A DNA stretch of 64,000 nucleotides from Picochlorum sp. SENEW3 (Eukaryota), in the NCBI GenBank assembly GCA_034226945.1, contig CP120456.1, positions 124,001 to 188,000 of the forward strand, written 5' to 3'. The stretch's first letter is position 1. Every line of letters begins with the position of its first letter. The translations under genes and the position numbers were made by a program. Below, in pieces: positions 63,251 through 64,000 of this stretch. Below the pieces are notes generated by a model. That model did no database searches, had not been told where the DNA came from, and saw only the letters and a list, made by a program, of their open reading frames with translations.

Positions 63251-64000
63251 CTATTTCGTTGCCCCTCCAGGCATTGACTGCAGAATATCCAACAATGCTG
63301 CAGGATCATTCATGACTTGCGCAGCTATTTCTGACGCTTCATTTTTCTTCTCATCATCATTGACTATTTGTAGTTCTTCGGAAGCGCCGTTATTATTCTG
63401 AGGAGGCAGGCCGTCTTCTTCTACTGCAGGCTGCTCAACATAACTCCCCGAGCTTGGGAGCACACTGAGAGCCCCCAAGGCAGCATTGTACTTTCTATGT
63501 TCTTCCTGTACCAACACTTCCAAGTGATCGATGACAGCCTTCCGTGTGTCCATTTCATCCTTCAAAGCCTGTTGAAAATTCTGGAGAGCACCTACATCCT
63601 GGCCATGTGAATTGTCATACGTATGCTCTGCCCGTGTTCGCTGTTGATGACACGTTGCAGCCCGATCCATCTTTTCCATCAAAGTTTGAATATATGAAGG
63701 AATAGTTGGCTGTGCCGTATCGCTCGCTCGAGGTACAGGGCGACTTTTCCCTTCTGCTTTTGCTGCAGTGACATACCTGTCCGCATCTTCCACAAACCTC
63801 CGAAACTTTGAACTTTTACTTCCAAATACTTGCCTTTTTTCCCATACACTAATCATTCTATCCACAGATTTCTTTCCCGCATCATCAGCTTTCTGAAGAA
63901 ATGCAGCAACTGCTTTTGGCAACACTTTTAAAAACTCTTGCACATACTCTGGACCCTTTTTTCGACTGCACGCAAACACATAGCATCATTACTACTCGTA
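63251..64000 (-). CDS. CID (CTD-interacting domain) protein, RPRD1/Rtt103-like; 5' part outside window (last exon starts about 63965)
   Basis: SRKKGPEYVQEFLKVLPKA...RMISVWEKRQVF followed by coiled coil. TGCAG acceptor at about 63966. Confidence 0.75.

Overview
Gene-dense eukaryotic nuclear DNA. It has short GT-AG introns, plastid-targeted proteins (ferredoxin, CF1-delta, AK-HSDH, DHQ-SDH) and UGUAA poly(A)-type signals, which points to a compact green alga. A trebouxiophyte such as Picochlorum is my inference, not proven. I can support about 31 protein genes, many split across several ORF-track entries. Three are missing or largely missed by the track: a kinesin-14 running off the left edge, a 70-aa SMAP/CSNAP-like gene, and the 5' half of a CXorf56/UPF0235 gene. 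I see no tRNA, rRNA, CRISPR array or transposon. The strongest signal is in the four-gene histone cluster (H2A.X-type, H2B, H4, H3). All four 3' ends carry the same GGTGTT-loop-AACACC-ACCA hairpin, followed 14-17 nt later by a second shared motif, TGGAA(A)T. This matches the geometry of the metazoan stem-loop plus U7-bound histone downstream element. Other points of interest are a stretch of cell-surface genes (RTA1-like, an MnSOD whose signal peptide is out of frame, a GPI-type tandem bacterial-style solute-binding protein, GT90), a secreted FN3 protein with a bacterial-looking C-terminal domain, a polyubiquitin with no C-terminal cap residue, and a VPS11 RING that has lost one whole zinc site.
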